Positions 12,210-24,235 are shown, counted from the first letter of the stretch. The stretch is 46,296 bases of DNA from Octopus bimaculoides (GCF_001194135.2 NC_068982.1:4386819-4433114), one strand, 5' to 3'. Translations and numbers: made by a program. The notes: generated by a model not told the origin, from the sequence alone.

Positions 12210-12477
12210 GTTCTCTCTCTCCCACGCACACACATTTATATATTCAAAGATTTTTCCACAAAATTGGATTCCCAATATTAGTGTATACGTGTTCAACTAA
12301 ACAAATAATAACATATTGACCTATCATGTGTAACAGCCTAACAGAATAGTCATGATATACCACAAGGAAAAATCGGTGGAATTCCACTTATGCATAGAAA
12401 CATACAAGATATATATACATACATGCATGCATACATCATAAACAGTTGTCCGAAAATATCATCACGGTATTATTTAC

Positions 12478-12962
12478 CGATGAGACATGACGTTGTAGCT
12501 CGGACACTCTATAATGAAACCCGTCGGAAGGATAACTCCGAGGCCAAAGAAATAAGAACGTAAGAAATAGAAACCATAGCCACTCAATGAAAAAAAAAAG
12601 GAATACTGGTGGAATGTACCAGTGAAGACCTCAATAAAGTGTAAGCACAACAGCCTGATATAATGATTTGGGATAGAGAAGAGAAACTGTGTACAGTTGT
12701 GGAAATTAGCTGCCCAGCGGATGTTAACATAAAGCTGAAGATCAGTAAAAAAGGAAAATACCTATGCTGAACTATTGAGGAATCTACAGCTACTTTATCC
12801 AGGTTACAAGTTCAGGTTTATACCTGTTATTATTTGGGCCTTGGGATATGTAACACACTACCTAAATACCAATCTTGAGAAATTAGGCTTCTCAAAACCA
12901 GAAAGGAGAAAGCTAATTTAAAGACTACAAATCGAAGCCATCACTGGAACTGTAAAAACCTG
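12478..12962 (+). pseudogene. Decayed non-LTR retrotransposon, restriction-like endonuclease (RLE) C-terminus (R4/NeSL-type)
   Basis: Frameshifted translation RHDVVARTLY...PDIMIWDREEKLCTVVEISCPADVNI...K..Y..L...PVIIWALG carries the RHD, PD-(D/E)xK-type and IIGALG-like motifs; stops and frameshifts present. Confidence 0.75.
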
Positions 12963-12967
12963 TGGAC

Positions 12968-13048
12968 ATTGAACACAGAACGTAAAGACGGACAAAATGC
13001 CGCTAAGCACTTTGTCCGGCGTGCTAACGATTCTACTAGCTCGCCGCT
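12968..13048 (-). mobile_element. SINE family D head
   Basis: Reverse complement gcggcgagctagtagaatcgttagcacgccgg..aaagtgcttagcggcatttt matches 44700-44776 and 43165-43200. Confidence 0.7.
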
Positions 13049-14499
13049 TTAATTTTAGTTAATATTATATTAGACTAGTCCTAAATTCGGTACATTTGTC
13101 TAGTTTCATTTTTTTTCTATAGTCCTCTTGAGCAATTTACTGCATCGCTTTTGTGTATTTACATAGTATCGGATTGATTTGCTTCTAAACACTTCTTGAT
13201 CTTTGTTAATTTGCCCATTTTGATATTTAAATAACTTTGAATTTTAATTAACATGACTCTGCTTTTTATAATATATTTTAATTAGCTACCTGGAAGGTCA
13301 TGCTTCCTTAATGCGTAATATATCTTGATTAATCTTGTGAAATTCTCTGCTGGATAAGTCTTATATACGTACCTTCAAACACACCAGCAGACAAACATGA
13401 TATCAGAATCGATTTTCTTCGTGTATGTAACCTTTCATATATTTGGACTTGATGTGGTAGTTGTCCTCAACGTAATTGTAATTCCTCATTTAAAATTTAG
13501 TTGATTGTTTTATACAAAAGTGTTTATCGTTATTAATGGTACAGAGAAGAAAAATAATCATATAAGAAAAGAATGATTTTTCTATTATCTTCTCTTTGTT
13601 TTAAGTTCTTTATATCTTTTTAAGTGTCTTTATCATAAGAGAAAAGATCGTTTTCAGAGCCTCTGTGACTACTTGAAGGAAACAAAATATTTGCCACAGA
13701 ATGTACTTCGCTAAACATACTAAAAGTCTCGAAGTTGATGGTAAACCGGGAAATAGTACAATGGTTGGTACACTGCCTTCATTGGGTGAAGATTTTTCTA
13801 TGTATACTGCAGCGTCGTATATTCTGAAGAGTACCGTAACCGAAAACTTTTCAGTAATTCATCCATGCCATACGTTTTTTCTTCTATCTTGTATAAGTGC
13901 TTGGTTTACTGTATTTAATATGGTTAATATATACAAACACTAAATGTTTGCTGATTTTCTGCGCGCATGTATCACTTTCAGGCACGTTTTCAGGTCCTTC
14001 GACAAGATAATAATATTTTATCTTCCACATAAGCAGCTTCCGTACTGAGTACTCTCAATGATGTCTCTTTGAGCGTTTTTTTTAATTTTTCGTATTTTTT
14101 GTAAACATCCGATTCTGTGTAATAAATGTCTTATTATCCAAAATATCTTTTCTAGCATAATTTCCTGGATTTCTCTATATAATGTTTTCCCTATTATTTT
14201 CTTGGTTTTTTTTTTTCATTTTCATATCACACTCTATTTCTATTTTTCTATTTCACTGATTTTAGGATAGTTTTCCTGTTAATCGTTTGTTGTATTCTAT
14301 TCTATTTTTTGGGGGGACATATCCATTGGGTTGTTAGTATTCTGGTGCTGTCTTTTCACTGATGTTAGAGGAGTGAGGTGGGCTGGGAAATGATAACTTA
14401 TTATGTTAGGGTTGAAAACCGTTTGGCTCAATAGGGAAACAGTTTCTGAATAAATCATATTCATTTTATTGTTGAACATATTTCTTGTTGAATCTAACT

Positions 14500-14760
14500 G
14501 CATTTGGTTACTATTATCCCGAGATACGCATTTATTCGTAACTTGAAGCGGGGTTCTAGAGTTATTTAATAGTGGTTGCGTTTAGATAAGTGCTATTTTC
14601 TGTATTATTTCTCCCAATTTTCCATTTGGTTGGTCCTGCTTTTTACGTTGTGATATGTGCTGCTATTATGTTTGTTATGCGTGGGATCTGCAGGATGCAT
14701 TTATTTTCGTTTGTTATTGGAATGCATATTTCAATCCTCATTTTTGTTTTTATAGATATT
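14500..14760 (-). pseudogene. Possible highly decayed GIY-YIG endonuclease of a Penelope-like element
   Basis: Minus-strand translation NKCILQ...NIIAAHITT*KAGPTKWKIGRNNTE loosely parallels the PLE pattern C-x-NIIYKA-x-TT-x-YIG-x-TE; weak and degenerate. Confidence 0.3.
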
Positions 14761-15159
14761 CTCTCTTTGTTGTGACGTCAGTCATCAATCACATTGTCGC
14801 AATTCAATGAATGCTGAGACAAAAATAACGTACAATGCATTAGAGTATCCAAATTCTGTCTACTGTATCAACAATTATATATGCTTTTCTCTTGTAGTTA
14901 CTCATAAATGTTACACAGCTTTATTGGCTGGTGGTAGGCATCAGTAAATAAAAGCCTGGAGTTAGGAACATTAAGTCCTTCTACTGATGATGAACGAATA
15001 GAGCGGAGTCAACTTTTGAGAAACTCCGGAAAGACTTTGCATTTCCTGCACATTTCAAGTTTTGACAAATAAAATGAAATTTAGCAGAGAGGTTTTGTGC
15101 TGGAGGAGAGGAACTTATATGAGTTCCAATCACCATTTTTTAATCCTTAGTTATTATTC

Positions 15160-17000
15160 TGCTTCAGGTTAGCATAATAGGATTTAATAGGGTTGTGACA
15201 ATGGACAAGATGGCTGCGAGGGCGGTCGTTTTAGTTGCTGAAATGTGTATCCCATACAAATGCATATAGATTAAAAATTGCAAGATGAGTTGAGGATCTT
15301 CTTGTGGGAGTTTGATCCCAATAATTGAACAAATAGATTTAGCAGAAAAGTACCATAATCTGTGACATAATAAAAGTAGTTGAACGCCTTCGATGTGGTT
15401 GGTGTATGTTTTCATGCATAAGGACAAAACGGATTGACTCTTAACATCTTAACAAAGTAGTTCTACATGTACCTTTGCTAACTGCAATTCTTTTTGATTT
15501 GATGAATATATCTCATCCACCAAAATTTATGTTGATCGAATATTCTATAACGTTTTATCGGCGGTTGGTTTGTATTTTTGTCACCGTATGTATCGTCAAT
15601 TACAATGACGTCATCAGCTGATACCTGAAACCTTGACATCCCCCATTTGACTTAGTGCGTTTAAGAAGCGACAAATATGAGCTTGATATGAAACTGGCTA
15701 ATTTGATAATTTGACGAACCATTATCTTCCATATCTGCTGTTATTCAATTTCCACAAATTTTATTTCGTACATTACAGTATTCTCTAACGTATATAACCA
15801 AGTAATGAGTGGTGCTGCAACACATATGAAATCTAAAGTGCCACTGAAGAATTCGTTCAGGATATAAAGTTCTCAGATATAAAGCAACACCCAAAAGAAA
15901 AAAACGGCTTGGAAAACCACAGCCGGAATCCAGCTGTACCCGAGACTTCGATGGGAGGGGTTTCTTACACATTGCAAAACAAATTGTTTACGACCAACTT
16001 CCGGACAAATGATGTTCAGTTCCTGGAATTAATGGTTCTATTCTTTACTCATATTCTTTCGTCATAATTGTTTTGACTGTCATTATTTTTTTCAGTTTTT
16101 CAATTGCAACATTTATTCCTCTCCTCCATTTTAAGATTGAATATTCTTTCTAGTGTTATGGACTCTTTCATTCCCGAGTTCACACTCATTCAGGGGCTGT
16201 GACTCACTTCCAGTAGCAAACTTTTGATGCTATCTGTCTTTTCCTTCAAGATATTAATTTGTCGGTAATCGGTTTGCCTGTTTGTAGCGAATCTCTTTTG
16301 CTGCTGCAGTTACAGCCTCGGAGAGATAATGTCAACTAGGAACGAAGTGCTACATATCCTCTAACATTCTCAACTTTCACCTTTGTTTCAGTTTCATTCC
16401 AACAAATGCTCTAAGGTTGGTAAGCATTTCATTATTATTTTGCTTTTGGTAAGCTTTTCATCACGATTTTGCTCAAGTTGGTCTAAGATTTTCTCGAAAA
16501 TTCGATTTGTCTCTTACTCCGACTGCCTACCACACTCTTAATTCTATTTTCTCCTCTCCTGCCAACTCACGATCTTCCTCAATGCTTAATACTTTCTCTG
16601 TATTTCATTCACTCACATCAACTTCAGATTCACCGTTGTTTCCTGTTGAGTTTTTTTTTATTTCCAGCTTAATTTCTTAAAATGCAAGTTCGATCCCTTA
16701 GTCTCAATGCTTTATAGAACATGTCTGCCTACAAGTGTTTCTCCACTTTCAGTGGCAGCAAACATCTTCTTACAAATTGACGACATATTTGCCTATGTGT
16801 TTTCTTTTTTAGTCCGCTCATAAAGTAACATTTTATTCCTATCTTTTAGTTTCAATTGGTTTCTCTTGAAATCTTTATTATTATTATTTTGTAGTAGCTT
16901 GATAATTTCATTTACCTAATCTAGTTGTTTCATTAATAGTATCAGGATAACAGCTCCTGCATCACCTGCCAGTCGTCAATGACAGTTTATCCTCTCAGCC
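15160..17000 (-). pseudogene. Heavily decayed LINE reverse transcriptase (L1/Tx1-like)
   Basis: Minus strand has VSADDVIVI (YADD-type motif, about 15595-15625), preceded at suitable spacing by VRQ..L..LL and GKPITDKL (cf. GRSIxDN); many stops. Confidence 0.4.
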
Positions 17001-17390
17001 AGCCTTCTTCTATACCTCCATTTTCACTTTCAAGCTTATCTGTAATCTTATTTTTTGACGTTTCTATTATGATGAAGTTAGTGTTTTAACATGATATCAA
17101 CACCGGTGATATTTTGAGACATCATCTCTATAAGAGTAAGCTAACAAACCTTTAAAAGGCCTCCTCCCCGTGTGTCAGACTTGACCCTACCAAATCGGTA
17201 CTTTATTGTCTCAGGGTTTGTTTTAAGGTAACACTACTATAAGTGTTTTTTATTGAGATACCATGTCTAAGAGGATCGTTCATTCAGGCTAAAGTCCTTT
17301 TTTTTGTGGCAGACCCAATGCCTCTCCGTAAATTATTCGAGTAATTATCAGTATTATTGTTACCAATCATAAGTTGGTAGTACAGGGTAA

Positions 17391-17540
17391 CATTATTTAC
17401 ATTTGACGGATATTTGTCCCCATCTTGTTTGTTGTTAACACAACGTTTCGGCTGATATACCCTCCAGCCTTCATCAGGTGTCTCAGGGAAATTTCGAACC
17501 TGGGTTCTCATTCCTAAAGTATTTTTCAATGTTATCATTA
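17391..17540 (-). mobile_element. Hammerhead-SINE tail, inverted arm of the 17.4-18.4 kb locus
   Basis: Same tail sequence as 2531-2680 and 26141-26280; followed by (GTT)n(ATT)n to 17644; no tRNA head. Confidence 0.85.
17437..17482 (-). ncRNA. Minimal type-I hammerhead ribozyme motif, intact (GUU site)
   Basis: Reverse complement: GACAC CUGAUGA A GGCUG gaggguauau CAGCC GAAAC GUU GUGUU; stems I and II fully paired. Confidence 0.8.
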
Positions 17541-17577
17541 TTACTTTTGTTGTTGTTGTTTTTTGTTGTTGTTGTTG

Positions 17578-17644
<67 letters not shown>

Positions 17645-17645
<1 letters not shown>

Positions 17646-17849
17646 AATACATAACAAAAACACCAGGACTTACAAATATATATAACATACGGAAAATTGC
17701 ATCACTGGGCACTGAGCACATCCTACGCAAAACACTTTCAATACAGTAACCATAAGAGCATCACAGCAAACCACAGCACATACCCAAGGCACGCAGAGCT
17801 GCGCTCGGTAGTGAAGTGAAAGCACGTTACAAAAATAAAACTACTAAAC

Positions 17850-17903
<54 letters not shown>
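17645..17903 (+). mobile_element. 5'-truncated R4/Dong-type RLE LINE 3' end with (AAT)n tail
   Basis: Translates KYITKTPGLTNIYNIRKIASLGTEHILRKTLSIQ* (cf. the family C-terminus QK.ALLGTA.ILRK.L); about 100-bp 3' UTR; (AAT)n 17850-17903. Confidence 0.75.
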
Positions 17904-18004
17904 NNNNNNNNNNNNNNNNNNNNNNNNNNNNNNNNNNNNNNNNNNNNNNNNNNNNNNNNNNNNNNNNNNNNNNNNNNNNNNNNNNNNNNNNNAAATTTTC
18001 CCAA

Positions 18005-18050
18005 GACACCTGATGAAGGCTGGAGGGTATATCAGCCGAAACGTTGTGTT
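18005..18050 (+). ncRNA. Minimal type-I hammerhead ribozyme motif, intact (GUU site; predicted cut after 18045)
   Basis: GACAC CTGATGA A GGCTG gagggtatat CAGCC GAAAC GTT GTGTT. Confidence 0.8.
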
Positions 18051-18158
18051 AACAACAAACAAGATGAGGACAAATATCTATCAAATGTAAAAAATGTAAA
18101 TAATGTACATAATTCCTCATCTCTTAAATATAGAACTGTACAGGGTAACATGTTTAGT

Positions 18159-18192
<34 letters not shown>

Positions 18193-18238
18193 CCGAAAAT
18201 ACCTTAGGAATGAGAACCCAGGTTCGAAATTTTCCCAA

Positions 18239-18284
18239 GACACCTGATGAAGGCTGGAGGGTATATCAGCCGAAACGTCGTGTT
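18239..18284 (+). ncRNA. Minimal type-I hammerhead ribozyme motif, intact (canonical GUC site; predicted cut after 18279)
   Basis: GACAC CTGATGA A GGCTG gagggtatat CAGCC GAAAC GTC GTGTT. Confidence 0.85.
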
Positions 18285-18860
18285 AACAACAAACAAGATG
18301 AGGACAAATATCTATTAAATGTAAAAAATGTAAATAATGTACATAATTCCTCATCTCTTAACTATAGAACTGTACAGGGTAACATGTTTAGTTATAATAA
18401 TAATAATAATAATTAACACAACAATAATGATATACATATTATTTCGACAGCCGCTGGTTTTCCTGCGTTTATTCGTCCATATTTCTCGTACAACAAAGTG
18501 TATAAATCGAAAAAAGTATAATTGCTCTCACTAATCATGCTCGATGGGCCTAAATCTATATTCTGGAGGAATTCTTCACTGATTTTTCAGATTTTTACAA
18601 AAGCTGTAACACTCGTCCGCGCTGTGTTTCAACGGCTGATTACAACTACCAGATCTATATTTTGACACTTCCCGTTTCAATGTTGAATTTTTTCGCTTAT
18701 TCTCAAGGTATAGGAGGATACAACTATCACGTGCAGTGAGAAAGAGGGGACGAGTGTACCCTGGCAACGATGACGAAACCGGGGTAGATAATGTGGAAGA
18801 GAAAGGAGAGGAGGAAAGAACTTAGAAGAGATAAAGAGCCATTTTGGAGAGGCTCGACAA

Positions 18861-18893
18861 TCTTCTTCTTCTTCTTCTTCTTCTTCTTCTTCT

Positions 18894-18940
<47 letters not shown>

Positions 18941-19215
18941 TTCTTCTTCTTCTTCTTCCTCTTTTTTTTCTTCTTCTTCTTCTTCTTCTTCTTCTTCTTC
19001 TTTTTCTTCTTCTCCTTCTTCTTCTTCTTCTTCTTCTTCCTCTTTTTCTTTTTTTTCTTCTTCTTCTTCTTCTTCTTCTTCTTCTTCCTCTATTTTTCTT
19101 CTTCTTCTTCTTCTTCTTCTTCTTCTTCTTCTTCTTCTTCTTCTTCTTCTTCTTGTTTTTCTTCTTCTCCTTCTTCTTCCTCTATTTTTCTTCTTCTTCT
19201 TCTTCTTCTTCTTCT

Positions 19216-19248
<33 letters not shown>

Positions 19249-19750
19249 NNNNNNNNNNNNNNNNNNNNNNNNNNNNNNNNNNNNNNNNNNNNNNNNNNNN
19301 NNNNNNNNNNNNNNNNNNNNNNNNNNNNNNNNNNNNNNNNNNNNNNNNNNNNNNNNNNNNNNNNNNNNNNNNNNNNNNNNNNNNNNNNNNNNNNNNNNNN
19401 NNNNNNNNNNNNNNNNNNNNNNNNNNNNNNNNNNNNNNNNNNNNNNNNNNNNNNNNNNNNNNNNNNNNNNNNNNNNNNNNNNNNNNNNNNNNNNNNNNNN
19501 NNNNNNNNNNNNNNNNNNNNNNNNNNNNNNNNNNNNNNNNNNNNNNNNNNNNNNNNNNNNNNNNNNNNNNNNNNNNNNNNNNNNNNNNNNNNNNNNNNNN
19601 NNNNNNNNNNNNNNNNNNNNNNNNNNNNNNNNNNNNNNNNNNNNNNNNNNNNNNNNNNNNNNNCTTCTTCTTCTTCTTCTTCTTCTTCTTCTTCTTCTTC
19701 TTCTTCTTCTTCTTCTTCTTCTTCTTCTTCTTCTTCTTCTTCTTCTTTCT
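18861..19750. repeat. Long interrupted (CTT)n/(GAA)n array spanning a 415-N gap
   Basis: CTT runs at 18861-19248 and 19664-19750 with CCT and T-run interruptions. Confidence 0.95.
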
Positions 19751-19914
19751 GTCTCTGTGTCTATTTTTTTTTAGGTAATAAATATTTTCCTTTTGACAAT
19801 TACTACTTATTTCATTATTTTGTAAAAGCACCAAAAGATTTAATAAAAGTCAGTTTAAAAAATATTCTATGCATGCCGTGAACCCGATGATGGTACATAT
19901 AAAACACACGCATG

Positions 19915-19968
<54 letters not shown>

Positions 19969-20080
19969 AATATATTTAGTTTAGGGTTTGTAAATCTATG
20001 TATACATGAATTATATTAGTCAATCAAATTCAATTTTCTTCGAAGTTTCGGCCAGCTTAAGGCATCATCGAACTGCTTAT

Positions 20081-20136
<56 letters not shown>

Positions 20137-21442
20137 GCGTACACACACACGCGCGCGCACAAACACACACACACATATATACTTATAAGGTGTATCTTAG
20201 TCTACTGACTTCTTCAGGTTTTACTCCATAACGGTAATGTTGTCTCTTCATATGTCAACACGGTCACCTTTCCCAACTTTCACATGAATTCAACACATAG
20301 TCTCCAACCGGTAGGTGGCGATAATTTCGAATAATATGCCACGTCCAACGTTTAGTCCAAATCTCTTGTATTTTGGCTGTTTTCGCTAGTATAAATATCT
20401 ATTTGATATCGAAACAGTTTGTTTAAATTCTCTTGGGGTAACTCAAAGGTCGGCTTAAAATACTATTGCTTGGAAACAGAAGCACACAAACAAAAACACC
20501 ACCAATAAATGACTACACTATCCTTATTTCACGTATGTCTTCCAGTTTATTTTAATGTTAAGAGCTTTTATGCTCACTCATTCATATCTTCTTCATTTTG
20601 GTTTGGTGATGATAAAATACATACAACAATATACCAGCTATTACGCCAGGATACTGCACTTTCGTTAGACATGTTTACAACTAGATGCATAAAACTAATA
20701 GGAATAAAGTGTTTCGTCGTAGTGAAAGGTGCTAGAGGAAAAAATATATAAACTAAGAGAAATGGGATTACGTGAATTTCATATAAATTTCCTAAGAATA
20801 TTTTCATTTGCTATAACGAGATAAAGTGACAGAAACGTTAGAGCCGATCTCAGATATGACAATACCGTTTATAAGCAAGGTTGCCATCTACTTAGAGCTG
20901 GGTTCCTTCACTACAGGTATTGTTAAAAGAGTATCTTCTATCCGATAGAAATTGGAGTGACAGAAGCTTGTCAAATATGAACGGAAACTATTTCTGGATA
21001 GTAAATAGGTTTAATACTATCAGATGATCCCCGAATTTATTCAGCGGATTCCCCTCAATTGCAGGCATCCAAACCAAGAATCCTACCAAAAAATAAGTTT
21101 CAGGAAGAGTGCAAATGGTTACAGGTACACTTGTTTTTCCTTTGAACAGCCAGAAAAAAATGTTTGTCTCTAGTGTAGCAGATTACGGCAATGCAGAGAG
21201 TCCATCCTTTTGGCTTTGGAGAAACAAACATCAAATGTATACTTATGTCACCTTTAAAAAGATTTACCCTTTATCTATAAATTGGATGGATTGTGTTTGT
21301 GTCACGAATTATTATTATTTCGTTTTATCATAGGTTTTGTTGAAACTCCTAGAGTTTTGCATGCGTAGGGGGCTTGTTACCTTCAGCCTACGGTACTATG
21401 CTACCCGTTCTTTTCAGCTTATTATTATTATTATTATTATTA

Positions 21443-21845
21443 TTGCCTTTGCACAGCTTCTATCGCTGGAGATGTACTACGGTGTCAGCTGTTCACTACC
21501 AGGGAACTAAGGTAACACCTCTTATTTCTCGAGCACCTTCTGGAGTATTTGAGCAGTTCCAAGCAGTGTTGTTTTCTACAAGTGCTCCACCCTTATTGCA
21601 GCCCCTATTTGTTCCACGTATTTCTCATCGACCACAACTGCTTAACTTCCCAAGCTAACCTGTCATATCTCTCGACTGTTCTTTCTTCCTTATCGCATAC
21701 CTTGTTGTCATCTAGGCATGCTATATCTATGATCCAGCATAGTTTTTTCTCTCAATTAAAACTATGTCCGGCTTCTTATTGTCTATCTTGCATAGGATCT
21801 CTGCATTTCTATTTTCGACGATGCCTTCAGGTTTGTGGTCGTACC

Positions 21846-21846
<1 letters not shown>
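21443..21846 (-). mobile_element. 5'-truncated, internally deleted R4/Dong-type RLE LINE between (TAA)n arrays
   Basis: Minus translation YDHKPEGIVENRNAEIL..KKPDIVLIE...WIIDIAC.DDNKVCDKEE...YDRL and EKYVEQIGAAIRVEHL*KTTLLGTAQILQKVLEK*; (ATT)n on both sides. Confidence 0.8.
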
Positions 21847-21890
<44 letters not shown>

Positions 21891-21900
21891 NNNNNNNNNN

Positions 21901-21945
<45 letters not shown>

Positions 21946-22060
21946 TGTATACCGTGTGTACTTTCCTTTTTTTATCATTTCATTATATGTAAATCCCCAC
22001 ACTTTTTGGCTGTCATTCTATTGTCCCCCTTATCTTTTGTCCTTGTGGCAAATAAATAAA

Positions 22061-22121
<61 letters not shown>

Positions 22122-22124
<3 letters not shown>

Positions 22125-22372
22125 CAAAACTCACAACTTATTTTGCTTCTACAACCCTGCGAAGATTTCTTGCAGTTCCAAGCAATACTGATTTTTCTAG
22201 GTGTTCTACCTTCACACTTGCACCAATCTTTTTCAGCCATGTTGAAAGCTGAGTTCTGATGCTTCCAAGTGCACCAATTACTATTGCTATCACGTCCATC
22301 TTTTCATTGATCACAACCTTCGCATTTCCCCATTTCAAATCGTCATAGTTTATTTTTTCTTTTTCTTTCACA
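22122..22372 (-). mobile_element. R4/Dong-type RLE LINE 3' end (another subfamily) with (AAT)n tail
   Basis: ORF 22138-22413 contains NYDDLKW...VIAIVIGALGSI...VEHLEKSVLLGTARNLRRVVEAK*; tail (ATT)n 22061-22121. Confidence 0.8.
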
Positions 22373-22386
22373 TTTCGATTCCCACA

Positions 22387-22633
22387 TTGTGAGTGTTTAT
22401 TGAGCGAAAACACCTAAAACTCAACGAGGCCCCGGCAGGGGATGGTGGAGAACCCTGCTGTACTCTTTCACCACACCTTTCACTCACTCTTTCTTCCTGT
22501 TTCTGTTGTACTTGTATTTTCAAAGGTCCAGCCTTGTCACACTGAATCTCCCCGAGAACTACGTTAAGGGTACACGAGGCTGTTCCGTTGGTCGGATTAA
22601 CTGGAACCCTCGTCGTCGTAACCGACGGAGTGC

Positions 22634-22634
<1 letters not shown>
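22387..22634 (+). mobile_element. Chimeric, head-less SINE: family E body joined to family A 3' half
   Basis: 22387-22507 matches 45863-45980; 22508-22634 matches 4286-4466 with two deletions; (CA)n tail. Confidence 0.75.
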
Positions 22635-22676
<42 letters not shown>

Positions 22677-24235
22677 ACACACGTGTGTGTGTGTGTGTGT
22701 AATTCTTAGCACTTAGATATGGTTAACCACATAGAATGATAGGGACCACAAAAAATTGTTTAGAATAAACAATTATATGGTACTTCATTCAATCGGTAAA
22801 TCCCGAGTTCGCTTCAATGGATTTCATACAACCTGCAAAGTATTCAATCACGATATCTCAAAGAAGAATTGAGAATTATACAGCTTCAAAATATTTTTTT
22901 GTAATAAACAAAGTGTGAAGGTGTATAATTCTCTATTATACATATATACACGTATATATGTATTTATGTGTATATATAATGCATGCACGATATATATANN
23001 NNNNNNNNNNNNNNNNNNNNNNNNNNNNNNNNNNNNNNNNNNNNNNNNNNNNNNNNNNNNNNNNNNNNNNNNNNNNNNNNNNNNNNNNNNNNNNNNNNNN
23101 NNNNNNNNNNNNNNNNNNNNNNNNNNNNNNNNNNNNNNNNNNNNNNNNNNNNNNNNNNNNNNNNNNNNNNNNNNNNNNNNNNNNNNNNNNNNNNNNNNNN
23201 NNNNNNNNNNNNNNNNNNNNNNNNNNNNNNNNNNNNNNNNNNNNNNNNNNNNNNNNNNNNNNNNNNNNNNNNNNNNNNNNNNNNNNNNNNNNNNNNNNNN
23301 NNNNNNNNNNNNNNNNNNNNNNNNNNNNNNNNNNNNNNNNNNNNNNNNNNNNNNNNNNNNNNNNNNNNNNNNNNNNNNNNNNNNNNNNNNNNNNNNNNNN
23401 NNNNNNNNNNNNNNNNNNNNNNNNNNNNNNNNNNNNNNNNNNNNNNNNNNNNNNNNNNNNNNNNNNNNNNNNNNNNNNNNNNNNNNNNNNNNNNNNNNNN
23501 NNNNNNNNNNNNNNNNTATATATCATATCATATCATATGTTCAGATTTCTGACGAAAGTAAGGACTCAAAGTAAAGATTAGGAAACTGGAAGTATCTTTG
23601 CGTTTCCGAACTTAAGCTCTTCTCTAGAGTGTGACATGGAAATAAGAAGCTTTGAAGAAAGAATAGAAGAAGGCACGTGTAACAAAAAAAAAAAAAGAAA
23701 AAAAGAAAAAAAAGAAATGCTTGTTGTTTTGAGGCAAGTTATGCTGGAAATCGCGTGGATTGAATAACCTCTATTGACCCAATACGAATGAGATTTCCTT
23801 CATGCAAGGAAAATAGACGAGCAATTGTGGGAAAATTTTGTATTTGTGCGCGCGTTTGTAGGTTTTATTTTAATTTGTGTTTTGTGAACCCATCATATAT
23901 GAGCCAGTATATATGAATGGTCAAGACATACTTGTGCGTATCTGTGGATGCTGGTGTGGGTTCGTTGCCTGTGGTGCGAGCTTTTTATTGCGTTTTATTA
24001 ACAGTGTATATACACACATCTATGCATAAATACATATGTATGTAAGCACCCATATATACCTGTGTATCTATATATACATCCCACGCGTACGGAAAACCGA
24101 CTTTTTACCGTCGAGGGCTTATGTGACCTGTATATTAGGCTATTTTCTTTAGTCAATATACAGTGATCGCTTATAAGCTTTAAGCTTATAACATACTATT
24201 ATTATTGTTACTCACCACCGCTTCTCAAATCATCG

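Larger units (their letters stand above)
17993..18385 (+). mobile_element. Head-to-tail dimer of the hammerhead-SINE tail (234-bp period)
   Basis: 17993-18151 recurs at 18227-18385 with three substitutions; an (AAT)n lies between the copies. Confidence 0.85.
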
